Positions 26,844 through 36,126 of a DNA stretch of 49,519 bases are shown piece by piece. Origin of the DNA: Candidatus Micrarchaeota archaeon (GTDB taxonomy: Archaea; Micrarchaeota; Micrarchaeia; Micrarchaeales; CABMGC01); contig JAGWGY010000002.1 in assembly GCA_028867115.1 (NCBI GenBank), positions 1 through 49,519 of the forward strand, in the 5' to 3' direction. Both the position numbers and the translations under genes were made by a program. Within the stretch, counting starts at the first letter, position 1, and each line of letters starts with the position of its first letter. The notes beneath the pieces were generated by a model. That model was not told where the DNA came from and ran no database searches. It was given only the letters and a program-made list of their open reading frames with translations.

Positions 26844-27611
26844 ATGCTGTTTCTGATCGGGATGGGGCTCAACTATGACGATATCCCCTACAGCGCAATA
26901 GACACCATAACCTCGGCGGACGAGGTGCTCGTGGACCAGTACACCAACTTCATACCAGAAGAGGCACTGGAAAGCATCAAAACGAGGCTAAAGATCAACC
27001 TTAGGCTGCTGAGCCGCTCAGAGCTTGAGGAGAACGCGAAGGGAACAATTGCCAAGGCAGCATCATCAAGCATCGTAATATTGGTCCCTGGCGACCCGCT
27101 GATCGCGACTACGCACCACACCATACTAGATCTTGCGCACAAGATGGGCATAGAGTACCGCGTGTTCCACGCGCCCTCGATATTCTCTGCAGGCATAGGG
27201 GAGAGCGGGCTTGACATATACAAGTTCGGCCCAACGACCACAATCACCTTCTGGAGCGAGAAATACAAGCCAACATCTTTCATAGACGTCGCAAAGAGGA
27301 ACGTCGAGAACGGGCAGCACACAATGATGCTATTTGATTACCACTATCAGGAAAAACGCAGGATGAGGCTGGGCGAGGCGATTGTGCTGCTTCACGCCGC
27401 AGACGAGCAGAGGAAGGCGGGGGTGATGACGCAGGATCGCAAGCTGCTGATCCTTGGAGACATCGGCAAGGATACACAGCTGATACGATATGTCGCGTTC
27501 GGGGGCATAGGCAAGGAAGTGCTGAGGGAGTTCGAGGGCAAGACGCTTACCATCGTAGTCCCAGCCAAGCCGAGCTTTGCAGAGGAAGAGGCGCTCACCA
27601 AATTCATTTGA
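26844..27611 (+). CDS. dph5: Diphthine synthase
   Basis: MLFLIGMGL, YT, GDPLIATTH, SGL.IYKFG, HT. Confidence 0.93.
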   Translation: MLFLIGMGLNYDDIPYSAIDTITSADEVLVDQYTNFIPEEALESIKTRLKINLRLLSRSELEENAKGTIAKAASSSIVILVPGDPLIATTHHTILDLAHKMGIEYRVFHAPSIFSAGIGESGLDIYKFGPTTTITFWSEKYKPTSFIDVAKRNVENGQHTMMLFDYHYQEKRRMRLGEAIVLLHAADEQRKAGVMTQDRKLLILGDIGKDTQLIRYVAFGGIGKEVLREFEGKTLTIVVPAKPSFAEEEALTKFI

Positions 27612-28641
27612 CCTGGCGGCGCCAATACCTTATCGTGTATGCAAGCGATGAGAATCCAAAGAGTTGGACGAACCAGACGTTTGCAAGCCTTGCAAATATC
27701 GTTATGACCGATGCAAGCCCAACGCCAATCCCGTCCCCTCCAAAGAAGGCCAGCAAAAACCCAAAGAGAGTCGCATCTGTTATCCCCAGATTCGCAGGAA
27801 GGCCTGTCAGCATCCCTAGCAGCGTCGACATAGAGAAGATGAATATAACAATCGGTATGAAATGCAGGCTTAGATTTACTCCAAAAGCCAGCATCACAAA
27901 ATAGAGGCTTACCGCGTTTATTGCCATGGACGGTATGGTGTAGGCCATGGAGTTCGCATAAACATCGATCCCCAGCAGCTTGTTGTGCCTAAAGTACTTG
28001 TCGCCCACCTCAAAGAGCCTCCTAAACAGCTTCTTATTGTGCAGCCTCTTGCTGAAGAGCGAGTAAGCCCTCTTGCTGTATAGGAAGACGAACGGCAGCA
28101 GCAGGAGTATTGTCGCAACGATTGCAACAATCACATACTGCCCCACGAATATCGCCGCAACAACTGCAACGAAGGCGAAACCGGCAAAGTCTGTGAATAT
28201 GTCAGCGACAACCGCTGGCAGTGTCTTGCTGAATTTGGTCCCTGTGAGCCTGTTTATCGTGTAGGAAACCACTACCCTCCCCCACCTGCCAGGCGTTATG
28301 TCCATAGAGTACATGGACATGTAGATCAGAAAGTTCTGCAGCCTCCCTATCCTCACGCCCAGCCTCTTCATGTACAGCTCCCATTTCGGGAACCTTATCA
28401 CGTATGCAAAAAACACCACAAGGAGGGCGATTGCATAGTATCCAAGTTTTATCGACGCGACAGTTTCAAGGAAGTTGCTGTATCCTATCTTGTATACCGC
28501 GTACGCCGCAATTCCAAGGAATATCAGAAAGCTCGAGCCCAGTATGCCGAAGAGGATCCTCTCGTACTTTTTGATGTTCTTCCTGTACTCCTGGTGCTTG
28601 CGGGCTATCAGGGCCTGTGCTGCGATCCCTCTTCTCGGCAT
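27604..28641 (-). CDS. Lysylphosphatidylglycerol-synthase-TM / UPF0104 flippase-like membrane protein
   Basis: RF.KW, ITPGRWG, PANLG..D, R...VW motifs; about 8 TMs; start trimmed to ATG 28641. Confidence 0.8.
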   Translation of the reverse strand: MPRRGIAAQALIARKHQEYRKNIKKYERILFGILGSSFLIFLGIAAYAVYKIGYSNFLETVASIKLGYYAIALLVVFFAYVIRFPKWELYMKRLGVRIGRLQNFLIYMSMYSMDITPGRWGRVVVSYTINRLTGTKFSKTLPAVVADIFTDFAGFAFVAVVAAIFVGQYVIVAIVATILLLLPFVFLYSKRAYSLFSKRLHNKKLFRRLFEVGDKYFRHNKLLGIDVYANSMAYTIPSMAINAVSLYFVMLAFGVNLSLHFIPIVIFIFSMSTLLGMLTGLPANLGITDATLFGFLLAFFGGDGIGVGLASVITIFARLANVWFVQLFGFSSLAYTIRYWRRQVK

Positions 28642-28645
28642 GGTC

Positions 28646-29665
28646 TCATTTCTCGAAGTTGATGATCCTTCTTTGCGCAGAAACCTCATCAGCACACAGG
28701 AGCACCACCTTGCTGTGCTCGTGGTAATCCGCCACAATGTACCCTGACTCCTTTGCGATCCGGTTTGCGAACTCTATTACCTCCTCCTTCCTTGGCATCT
28801 GTTCGTATGAGAGGTGCCGATCCTCGCTCCTTGCGCCTCCGACAAAGGCGAATCCCTTTACCTCCACGTACTGCGGCCTGCCCTTTGCGATGAGCGAGGC
28901 ATATCCTTTCGCATCCACCATATTGACTCCCTTGACCAGCGTGAGCCTGAAGACACGCCTTGTCTTGAGTGTGGCAAATACCTCAAGGAATCCGTGGAAG
29001 TTCTGCCATGCGTTCAGGGTCTTTGCCCTTGCAATCGTGTTGTATACCTCCTCGTTCGGCGCCTGTATTGAGACATAGAGCTGGGTAGGCATTACGGTTA
29101 GCTTCTTTAGGGCGCCTACCATCGTGCCGTTAGTCACAAGGAACGTGCTGATCCTCCTGCGATGGAAAGCGTCGAGCAGCTTGCTCATCAGTGGGTAAAA
29201 CATGGGCTCCCCAGTGAGGCTGAGCGCCACGTGCGCAGGGTCGTTGGCCTCCTTCCAGCGCTGCAGGTCAGTCCCCTCCCTCCCCTTGAAGCCGCTAACA
29301 AGGCGGCGCTGCTCTGCAATAAGCCCCTCTACTATCGAATCGGGCTCATCCCAGTTCCCGAGCGCGTTTAGCTCGTTCCAGTTTATCCCGATCTCCTCAG
29401 GTATTATCCTCCAGCAGAAGCTGCACGCAAGGTTGCACCCTATCGCAGGTGTGCTCTGCATGCACCTCCAGCTCTTAATCCCATAGAACTGGTGCTTGTA
29501 GCACGTCGCGCCTTCCAGGCGCATGCTGTCCTCAGTGTAGTTGCACGTCTTTATCGCAGAATGCCTCCCAACAAAGTGGTATCCCTGCTTTTGCATCATC
29601 GTCTTTAGCCCGTCAGGGATCTTCGGCGAACTCTCAAGCCGGACTGCCTGCTGCGTCTCCTGCAT
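28646..29665 (-). CDS. taw1: 4-demethylwyosine synthase Taw1/TYW1 (radical SAM)
   Basis: CYKHQFYGI.S.RC, CNLACSFCWR, SLTGEP, TNG, VEVK. Confidence 0.94.
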   Translation of the reverse strand: MQETQQAVRLESSPKIPDGLKTMMQKQGYHFVGRHSAIKTCNYTEDSMRLEGATCYKHQFYGIKSWRCMQSTPAIGCNLACSFCWRIIPEEIGINWNELNALGNWDEPDSIVEGLIAEQRRLVSGFKGREGTDLQRWKEANDPAHVALSLTGEPMFYPLMSKLLDAFHRRRISTFLVTNGTMVGALKKLTVMPTQLYVSIQAPNEEVYNTIARAKTLNAWQNFHGFLEVFATLKTRRVFRLTLVKGVNMVDAKGYASLIAKGRPQYVEVKGFAFVGGARSEDRHLSYEQMPRKEEVIEFANRIAKESGYIVADYHEHSKVVLLCADEVSAQRRIINFEK

Positions 29666-29730
29666 CAAATCAATTACACTCTATCAACATTCCAAATAAT
29701 AACCTTTTCGCAGTCAATACGTATGGTTTG

Positions 29731-30882
29731 ATGGAGCTGTCGCTGGAAATAAGGGGCAAGAGAGTTTTCGTCACCGACCACTCAACAATAGACCAGCTCA
29801 GGCGGTCCGCATACGGCTGGAAAACGGGCAGGACGATGGTGCTGCTCCCAGAGGAGGCGCTCTACCTGATGGACATCAGGAATGCAAAATGCACAGACAG
29901 CGGAAAAACGCTCTCTTTCAACGCTGTTGCGGAGAGATTCAACAAAGGCGGCAAGCTGATGGCAAGGTACTTTGCCTACAAGGACTGGAGGGACAGAGGC
30001 CTTGCGCTTCGCAGCCCTGATGTCAAATACCAAAAGCAGCACGCAGGGCCCGCAAAACGCTACCCAAAGTCCGCACTCAGGATATCAATACCGAAGGTGA
30101 AGGGCGCATTCTTCCCGCACGATCTGCTCTCAATAATTGACGATGACAAGTGCGGGAAGGAGCTCTACGAGCGATACTGGATAGGCCAGTACGGTACTTA
30201 CAAGGCAGCAGAGCGCGGCAGGCTAAGCAAGCTTGATGCGTATGAGACGCTATTTTTGATCGACAAGAAAAAGCTCTCGCTCAGAAATTCCACGAGGCAG
30301 GGCGTGCTGCGCAGCGCCAGCTCCAGAAGGAGGGACTTCCCAAGGCTATATGAGGTTTACAAGGACTGGAGGGACCACGGCTATGTGATAAAGACCGGCT
30401 TCAAGTTCGGGACGCACTTCAGGGTATACTTCCCTGGCGCAAGGCCGATAAAGGACGCGAACTGGATGCACTCAAAGCACGTGCTGCAGGTATTCCCAAA
30501 GGACTCGAGGCTGCTCATATCTGAATGGGCCAGGGCGATAAGGGTGGCGCACTCGGTGCGCAAGACGTTCATCCTGGCAATTCCAGGGAAGGCAAAGCCA
30601 AAGCACACGCCCATAGATTTCATACTCTACCACCGAAAAGGCGGAGAAACAGAGGATCCTGCCAAGACCCCGCCGAAATATGCGATGCTGGCGCTAGGGG
30701 AGGAGGAGTACATCGGCGGCAGCGAGCTCGCTGGCGCGATAGACGGGGCAAAGAAGCGCGGGCTTCAGCTGGTTCTTGCGATTGCCGACAGGGAGACCGC
30801 AGTCACGTACTACAAGGTGAGGAGGGTGGCGCTACCAGGGAGCAGGCACGACTACTACGAGATCGACTGGATGCAGCCGTAG
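29731..30882 (+). CDS. endA: tRNA-intron endonuclease, three-unit epsilon2-like architecture
   Basis: Repeated EALYL/ETLFL and YKDWRD(R/H)G units, TGFKFG.HFRVY, HS.H, RVAHSVRK; about 384 aa, like the ARMAN enzymes. Confidence 0.88.
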   Translation: MELSLEIRGKRVFVTDHSTIDQLRRSAYGWKTGRTMVLLPEEALYLMDIRNAKCTDSGKTLSFNAVAERFNKGGKLMARYFAYKDWRDRGLALRSPDVKYQKQHAGPAKRYPKSALRISIPKVKGAFFPHDLLSIIDDDKCGKELYERYWIGQYGTYKAAERGRLSKLDAYETLFLIDKKKLSLRNSTRQGVLRSASSRRRDFPRLYEVYKDWRDHGYVIKTGFKFGTHFRVYFPGARPIKDANWMHSKHVLQVFPKDSRLLISEWARAIRVAHSVRKTFILAIPGKAKPKHTPIDFILYHRKGGETEDPAKTPPKYAMLALGEEEYIGGSELAGAIDGAKKRGLQLVLAIADRETAVTYYKVRRVALPGSRHDYYEIDWMQP

Positions 30883-30930
30883 TGGCACAGAAGGCTTATA
30901 ATTTTTCAATGCCCTTGCCTATACGATTAC

Positions 30931-31344
30931 ATGAAGCGACAGCAGATTGCGCGTATTCCAAAGGATACTGACATCATGATAGAAGGGCTTTTCTCCAGAA
31001 AGGTAGTACGTACTATAACAGGCAACAGGGATGATTCGGAGGCAACAAGTACCTTCAAGGCGATCTGCAGGGACATGAGCTCCGTGCTCAAGACCAACTC
31101 TATCGATGGGTGCTACGAGAGGGTGAAGGAAGTGATGGCGTTCATGCGAAAGGAGTCGCTATCCATTACCGATTATGCAAACAAGATCCTCCAGGAGGCG
31201 AGGGCTGCCCTCTCAAGCGGCAAGATAAGCCCCGAGAGCATGCCTTACACCCTTGCGCACTACAAGGCTGCGCGCGAGATGGCGCTTTCCGCAGGGTCAA
31301 AGTTCTCGAAGCGCTCAAACCTCTCGTCCTACAGGAGGCTTTAG
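30931..31344 (+). CDS. Hypothetical protein
   Basis: 137-aa ORF after CTTATAAT; followed by hairpin GGCCGA-AAAG-TCGGCT. Confidence 0.6.
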   Translation: MKRQQIARIPKDTDIMIEGLFSRKVVRTITGNRDDSEATSTFKAICRDMSSVLKTNSIDGCYERVKEVMAFMRKESLSITDYANKILQEARAALSSGKISPESMPYTLAHYKAAREMALSAGSKFSKRSNLSSYRRL

Positions 31345-31358
31345 GCCGAAAAGTCGGC

Positions 31359-31385
31359 TTCCACTAATCTGAAAATCTTTATAAA
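31359..31385 (+). promoter_or_regulatory. TTCCACTAAT box plus TATA box upstream of the PRC-barrel gene
   Basis: TTCCACTAAT-N9-TTTATAAA. Confidence 0.65.
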
Positions 31386-31415
31386 TCTATAAGAAGTATC
31401 ATACACGGTGACCAA

Positions 31416-31694
31416 ATGAAGATTTCAGACATATATCACATGGATATATACAGCGATTCGGGACAGTATCTTGGCGATGTTCAGGATGTTATCGTCGACC
31501 TTGAGAAGGGAGAGCTAAGCAGGCTGCTCACGATTCCTTGGAAGAACGCGAAGGGCGATGTCAAGGTAGTCCTGAGGCAGAAGAGCATTCTCTACAAGAA
31601 CGTCAAGAACGTAGGAGACGTTGTTCTTGTGTCTACATCCCCAGGGAGGGCTGAAGACGTCTCAAGGGAGGAAGCTTCGGATCTCTCAAGGTAA
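31416..31694 (+). CDS. PRC-barrel protein (CdpB-like)
   Basis: ISDIYHMDIYSDSGQYLGDVQDVIVD...VKNVGDVVLV. Confidence 0.88.
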   Translation: MKISDIYHMDIYSDSGQYLGDVQDVIVDLEKGELSRLLTIPWKNAKGDVKVVLRQKSILYKNVKNVGDVVLVSTSPGRAEDVSREEASDLSR

Positions 31695-31696
31695 GT

Positions 31697-32230
31697 TCAG
31701 AGCGGCTTGGGTGGCGTTAGCCCCCTCTGCCCAAAGTACCTTCCGCTGTACGCCTTCTCAACCCTGTTCATAGTCATCGAGAATATGACGTGAGCAAAGC
31801 GCGTGTCTGGCTTTAGCTTGATAGCATAAGGAGAGCTGTTGAATATCTCAAGAGTGATATTGCCTGCAAAGCCAGCGTCTATTATCGTGGGCGGCATCAC
31901 AAGCCCATGGCGCGCCCATGTGCTTCGCAGCTCAACGAAGCCGACCAGGTTGTCCGGCATCTTGATGTACTCCTTTGTTGATAGCAGGACCTGAGACTTT
32001 TGTTTGACTATGATTGTCTTGTTCCTGGAAACAATATACTCTTCCTTCATGTGCTCGGGATTGTCAGGGTCGAACACGAACCCTTCAGGGTGCGTCTCGT
32101 TCCTTACCGCGACCTCATCGGTTATGCGCAGGTCAACGCCATTCTCCCGCACTATCACCGGGTCAAAAGGAGTTATCTCCAGCCTCTTGCTGTTTATGAA
32201 GTTCATCAGGTCGAAATCTGAAAGAATCAT
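31697..32230 (-). CDS. dcd: dCTP deaminase
   Basis: MILSD, NGVDLR, RSTWAR.G, IDAGF.G.ITLE, Y.GRY.GQ. Confidence 0.94.
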   Translation of the reverse strand: MILSDFDLMNFINSKRLEITPFDPVIVRENGVDLRITDEVAVRNETHPEGFVFDPDNPEHMKEEYIVSRNKTIIVKQKSQVLLSTKEYIKMPDNLVGFVELRSTWARHGLVMPPTIIDAGFAGNITLEIFNSSPYAIKLKPDTRFAHVIFSMTMNRVEKAYSGRYFGQRGLTPPKPL

Positions 32231-32294
32231 ATTTGCCCCCCAACATACGATTAGATAATCTTATTAAGTTAGCAAAATATAAAGAGTAACACGT

Positions 32295-32369
32295 GCTCCC
32301 ATCGTCTAGCTCGGTCAAGGACGTGGGGCTTTCAACCCTAAAACTCGGGTTCAAATCCCGATGGGAGCA
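32295..32369 (+). tRNA. tRNA-Glu(TTC)
   Basis: Acceptor GCTCCCA/TGGGAGC; anticodon arm TGGGG-CT-TTC-AA-CCCTA; TTCAAAT. Confidence 0.95.
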
Positions 32370-32408
32370 TCCCGATAATTTTATAAGCATAAAATGAGAA
32401 ATTGGCGT

Positions 32409-32924
32409 ATGGATGAAGAATCACAGATAAGGGAGTGGCCCAAGCTATCATTCAGCGAGAACCAAAAGCTTGCACTAGCCTGCCTTGACTCTACAGTCGT
32501 GGGCACGATTGCGACCCACAATTCTCCCAGGGGGCCATGGGCGGCAACAGTCTTCTTCACATTCGATGAAAATTTTGGCATATTTTTTGTTTCACAACGG
32601 AACACTCGCCACATGCAGGACATCCTTGTTGACAACAACGTCGCTTTTTCTGCCTTTACGCCAATTTCAAAATCAAAGGGAAGCCACATCCAGGTCCAGA
32701 TAAACGGTCTTGCAGTGCCTGTCCAAGAATCAGAAGTGGAGAAGGCGTACACTGCAAGGGAACGTCGCCTAACTGGTGCAGGTACGTGGTTGCCCGGGAT
32801 CGAGGACATATTCAAGGTCTACCAGACCGGTGCGGTCTTCATGGTCATAAGGCCGCAGGAGGTCTGGTACGTCAACAGCGCACTCTTTGGCGGAGATAGA
32901 AAACTCATTCCTGTAAAATTCTAA
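32409..32924 (+). CDS. Pyridoxamine 5'-phosphate oxidase-like FMN-binding split-barrel protein
   Basis: TIAT....GPWAATVFF, FFVS..NTRH..DI..N..VA, VQING.A. Confidence 0.85.
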   Translation: MDEESQIREWPKLSFSENQKLALACLDSTVVGTIATHNSPRGPWAATVFFTFDENFGIFFVSQRNTRHMQDILVDNNVAFSAFTPISKSKGSHIQVQINGLAVPVQESEVEKAYTARERRLTGAGTWLPGIEDIFKVYQTGAVFMVIRPQEVWYVNSALFGGDRKLIPVKF

Positions 32925-33075
32925 ATGTACTCAATCCTGCTTCTCTTCCATTTCCTGCAATAAAGCCATCGGGCAATGAGAAAATAATGCATAGAAGGAA
33001 ACGGCTGCGTAGTAAAAGAATTTAAATGTGCCAGCAGTAGTAGAAGTCGAAGTTTTTAAAGAAAAAGGCGACAAA

Positions 33076-33576
33076 ATGAAGTTTTTCTTCGGGCATAGAG
33101 ACAAGAGTGCGAAAGACGTCGCGCCGCAGCAAAAAGATGGGCAGGAGATTACAAAATCCTACGAGCCGATATATGCAAAGAGGATGAAGATAGAGAACGG
33201 CATATTCACGAAAGAGCAGCTGCTCGACTTAGTCAAGAATGAGAAGGATGTATATCTCGTCCAGGTGTACATCGCAAAGCTGGCCAAGGAGAAGATGCTC
33301 GACAATGGGACAACGGTGGCGCTAATATCTCTCTTTAAGGGTCAGGTTGAAAATCCAAAGCCCTCATGGCATGTGATGTCATCTGTGCTTGACGCCCTGC
33401 TCACTTCCGATACGAGCGACGAGTACAAACTCACTACATTCAAGCAGCTTAATGCCTCAGTGCAGGACATGGAGCCCCGCATACGGGAGCTGATAAGAAT
33501 GGAGATCAACATCAAGATGAACACCAGCTGCACTCTATTGCAGGCGCAGAGAGACCAGAAGCCGGAGTACGAATAG
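33076..33576 (+). CDS. Hypothetical helical protein
   Basis: ATG after GGCGA; begins MKFFFGHRDK. Confidence 0.6.
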   Translation: MKFFFGHRDKSAKDVAPQQKDGQEITKSYEPIYAKRMKIENGIFTKEQLLDLVKNEKDVYLVQVYIAKLAKEKMLDNGTTVALISLFKGQVENPKPSWHVMSSVLDALLTSDTSDEYKLTTFKQLNASVQDMEPRIRELIRMEINIKMNTSCTLLQAQRDQKPEYE

Positions 33577-33580
33577 CCCC

Positions 33581-34243
33581 CTACTTTATCCTGTTCACTT
33601 TCTTGAATTCCGCAAGGAAACCCTCAGAGGAGCTGTACATCATCACTGACCCTATTACCGCAAACACCACCACCATTGTTACCGATGCAACTATTAGGGA
33701 GAGCACCTGGAACTGCCCAGGGTTCTGCGCCATCTGCGGCAGCAGGAACAGTACGGCGAGTATGAACATTATCCAGAAGATGAAGGCAGCCACTCCAAGT
33801 TCAGGATAGTGGTTGCCAAATATCGCAGTGAGTCCCGCATACAGCACGAGCATTATACCACCAACGCTAAACAGCACCATGAGCGATGCCTCCGGCGGTA
33901 TCAGCGATACAGGGAGCGCGAATAATATTGCCCCTATAGCAATGATTATCATGAATGCACCAATGTTCCTCGAGTGAACGGAGTGCTCTTTTGGATTCAT
34001 TATCTTGACAGTGGTGATGTGGTGTGTCGCTACGCCTCCGATCGCAATCACGATCACCATCGTAAGGAGCACGCCCCACATGAACATTATGCTCAGCGCA
34101 TTGTTCGTGAAGTTCTGCACCAGCAGCGTCGAGAAGATGAAGCCTACACTGTAGAATGTGGCGATCAGTATCATCAGCAGCCCTATCAGTCGCCTGTTGT
34201 AGACTACCCAAAATTTCCTGACGTGCTCACGAGCGTGCCTCAA
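33581..34243 (-). CDS. Multi-pass membrane protein
   Basis: 6-7 hydrophobic segments; TTG start after GGTGT. Confidence 0.7.
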   Translation of the reverse strand: MRHAREHVRKFWVVYNRRLIGLLMILIATFYSVGFIFSTLLVQNFTNNALSIMFMWGVLLTMVIVIAIGGVATHHITTVKIMNPKEHSVHSRNIGAFMIIIAIGAILFALPVSLIPPEASLMVLFSVGGIMLVLYAGLTAIFGNHYPELGVAAFIFWIMFILAVLFLLPQMAQNPGQFQVLSLIVASVTMVVVFAVIGSVMMYSSSEGFLAEFKKVNRIK

Positions 34244-34296
34244 TCGAAACACCAGTTAGAAATAGCATTACAGCTCTTAAACCCTTCGCATCGTTG

Positions 34297-35193
34297 TCAG
34301 ACAAGATACAGCAGCAGGTTTCCGAAAAGCAGCGCAGCCCCAACCCCGACAAGGGTAGGCACTGCAAGTGGCACGGCGTGCTTGTAAACCGGTATCCTCC
34401 TCCTCACTCTCGCTATCTTTGTTATTATGCCAGGCGTCACGAGCCTCCCGAATCCTGGCGAAATCTTCCTGAAGTAAGCTATGTCCCTAACCGCCATCAT
34501 ATCCTCTGCTATTATGTCCCCGTCCTCCAGCTCTCGCGGGTATATCAGGGCTATCATCTGCCTCATTATCCCCTTCTCGAAAAGCGCCATGAGCGCTGAG
34601 AATACCGCAATCAGGGATATTATCGCAGCAGCAACAGGATTGAACCCGAACAGGTACGTAACGAACAGGAGAAGCGACGCATAAGCGACAATCAAAATTG
34701 CCGCCTTCGCGGCCTCCCTGCTGCCAATGAGGCTCCTGGCCTCCTTCCTGCTCTTACTGTTCATCTTTAATATGTAATAGAGAGGCACGAACACTATCGC
34801 CGTAAACCCTGTCGCCACGAAGACCGATAGTATGAACGGCATCCCAAACTGCTGGCCTCCGAACAAAAGCGGCGAGGGCTGGATCGGTATCAGGAGCGAT
34901 ATCGCCACGAACTCGAACCCGTCCCCGAGCCCAAGCTGCCCTACCCTGTAGAGCACATAAGAGAGGGCGCCTACAACAATCGCAACAAGGGCGCTGAACT
35001 CTATCGTGTGCAGCCCTAGCACGAGTGTGAATATCGCCCCTATAAACACGCTCACATACGCAAAGGCGTCGGGTATGTCGCGCTTGTTGAACACGTCGTA
35101 GATGGCGTATATGATGACCATCGCAATAAGCGCAATGAGCCTTGCCGAATAAAGTGGCCCGTTCGAAGCCGAGCCAATTAGTGCGCCTATCAT
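34297..35193 (-). CDS. Prepilin/preflagellin peptidase (A24, PibD/FlaK-like)
   Basis: YDVFNKRDIPD first Asp, GLGD second Asp, LEDGD, P.AVP; multi-TM. Confidence 0.85.
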   Translation of the reverse strand: MIGALIGSASNGPLYSARLIALIAMVIIYAIYDVFNKRDIPDAFAYVSVFIGAIFTLVLGLHTIEFSALVAIVVGALSYVLYRVGQLGLGDGFEFVAISLLIPIQPSPLLFGGQQFGMPFILSVFVATGFTAIVFVPLYYILKMNSKSRKEARSLIGSREAAKAAILIVAYASLLLFVTYLFGFNPVAAAIISLIAVFSALMALFEKGIMRQMIALIYPRELEDGDIIAEDMMAVRDIAYFRKISPGFGRLVTPGIITKIARVRRRIPVYKHAVPLAVPTLVGVGAALLFGNLLLYLV

Positions 35194-35254
35194 TCAACCG
35201 CGTTAAAAATTCTGTAGAAAAGGTTTAAATACCATGGCTTACAGAAATAAATCA

Positions 35255-35410
35255 GTGCAGACTATGCAGACTCAAATGACCTGGTATACCATGGGCATTA
35301 GGTCAGTTAGCATAGTCCACGACATTTTTAAGGCCGGCAATTTGGTATTGCCTGTCTGCGCATAAAGGCCGCAAAAGTCTTCTTTTTGGTGTTGCCTATG
35401 CGTGGACTAT
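35255..35410 (+). promoter_or_regulatory. Structured 5' leader with alternative pairing to the start-codon region
   Basis: Hairpin GACTATGC/GCATAGTC enclosing TGACCTGGT/ATTAGGTCA; ATAGTCCACG (35312-35321) is also the exact complement of CGTGGACTAT (35401-35410). Confidence 0.5.
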
Positions 35411-35778
35411 ATAGAGAGTATATCAAAAATCCGATAAGAGCCCTAGTGAGAACTCGTAAGGAGCAGGTGATCATAGCCGAGATCGGGTTCGATCACATCA
35501 CTACAGCTACCAGCTTCGTCGAGTACCTCTACGAGAAGTACGGCTTCTCGCGCAGCTGCGTGTGGTACAACCTAAAGAAGCTCAAGAAGAAGGGAGTGCT
35601 GGATTTTGCTGAGAAGTGCGAGTCGGAGGCGTACAAGCCTCTGTATCTGACCAAAGAGGGAGTGAGCACCCTGAGGGCCATTCTATCACAGAGCGTGGCG
35701 CAGATGGGAGTGGCTGCGAAGCCTTCAGGGTTTAGCCCCTCGATGAACAGGCCATACTACGGCCTGGGGCAAGGGTGA
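35398..35778 (+). CDS. Winged helix-turn-helix protein
   Basis: FSRSCVWYNLKKLKKKGVLDF...LYLTKEG. Confidence 0.8.
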   Translation: MRGLYREYIKNPIRALVRTRKEQVIIAEIGFDHITTATSFVEYLYEKYGFSRSCVWYNLKKLKKKGVLDFAEKCESEAYKPLYLTKEGVSTLRAILSQSVAQMGVAAKPSGFSPSMNRPYYGLGQG

Positions 35779-35800
35779 GCGCGAGCTCGCCCCCTCAGGC
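35762..35800 (+). terminator. Strong GNRA-capped hairpin at the wHTH stop codon
   Basis: GCCTGGGG-caa-GGGTGAGC-GCGA-GCTCGCCC-CCTCAGGC, 16 bp including G-U pairs. Confidence 0.45.
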
Positions 35801-35856
35801 TTTGGTGGCTGTAGCAAACGTTTTTAATTCTTGGATATACTATTATGCACGATATT

Positions 35857-36126
35857 ATGCCAAGACGAAATGCTCAAAAGAAGACAAGGGACAGAGTGTC
35901 AGCAGCAAAGGCGACGGTGCAGAAGGAGGTAGCGCAGAGCCAGGCGGCTTACCAGAAGAACAAGAACGCCTACAAGACCTGGGGAGGAGTCATCGCGATA
36001 ATCATAGGTCTCGTGCTGATAGTATGGAACCTTCAGGGAGTGCTTCTTGCACTGGTGGGATTCATACTGCTGTATGTCGGACTCAGGGTCCTGGGCTACA
36101 GGCTGCCTTTGCCTACAGTATCCTGA
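35857..36126 (+). CDS. Small membrane protein
   Basis: Basic N-terminus and two short TM helices; TATA near 35821. Confidence 0.65.
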   Translation: MPRRNAQKKTRDRVSAAKATVQKEVAQSQAAYQKNKNAYKTWGGVIAIIIGLVLIVWNLQGVLLALVGFILLYVGLRVLGYRLPLPTVS

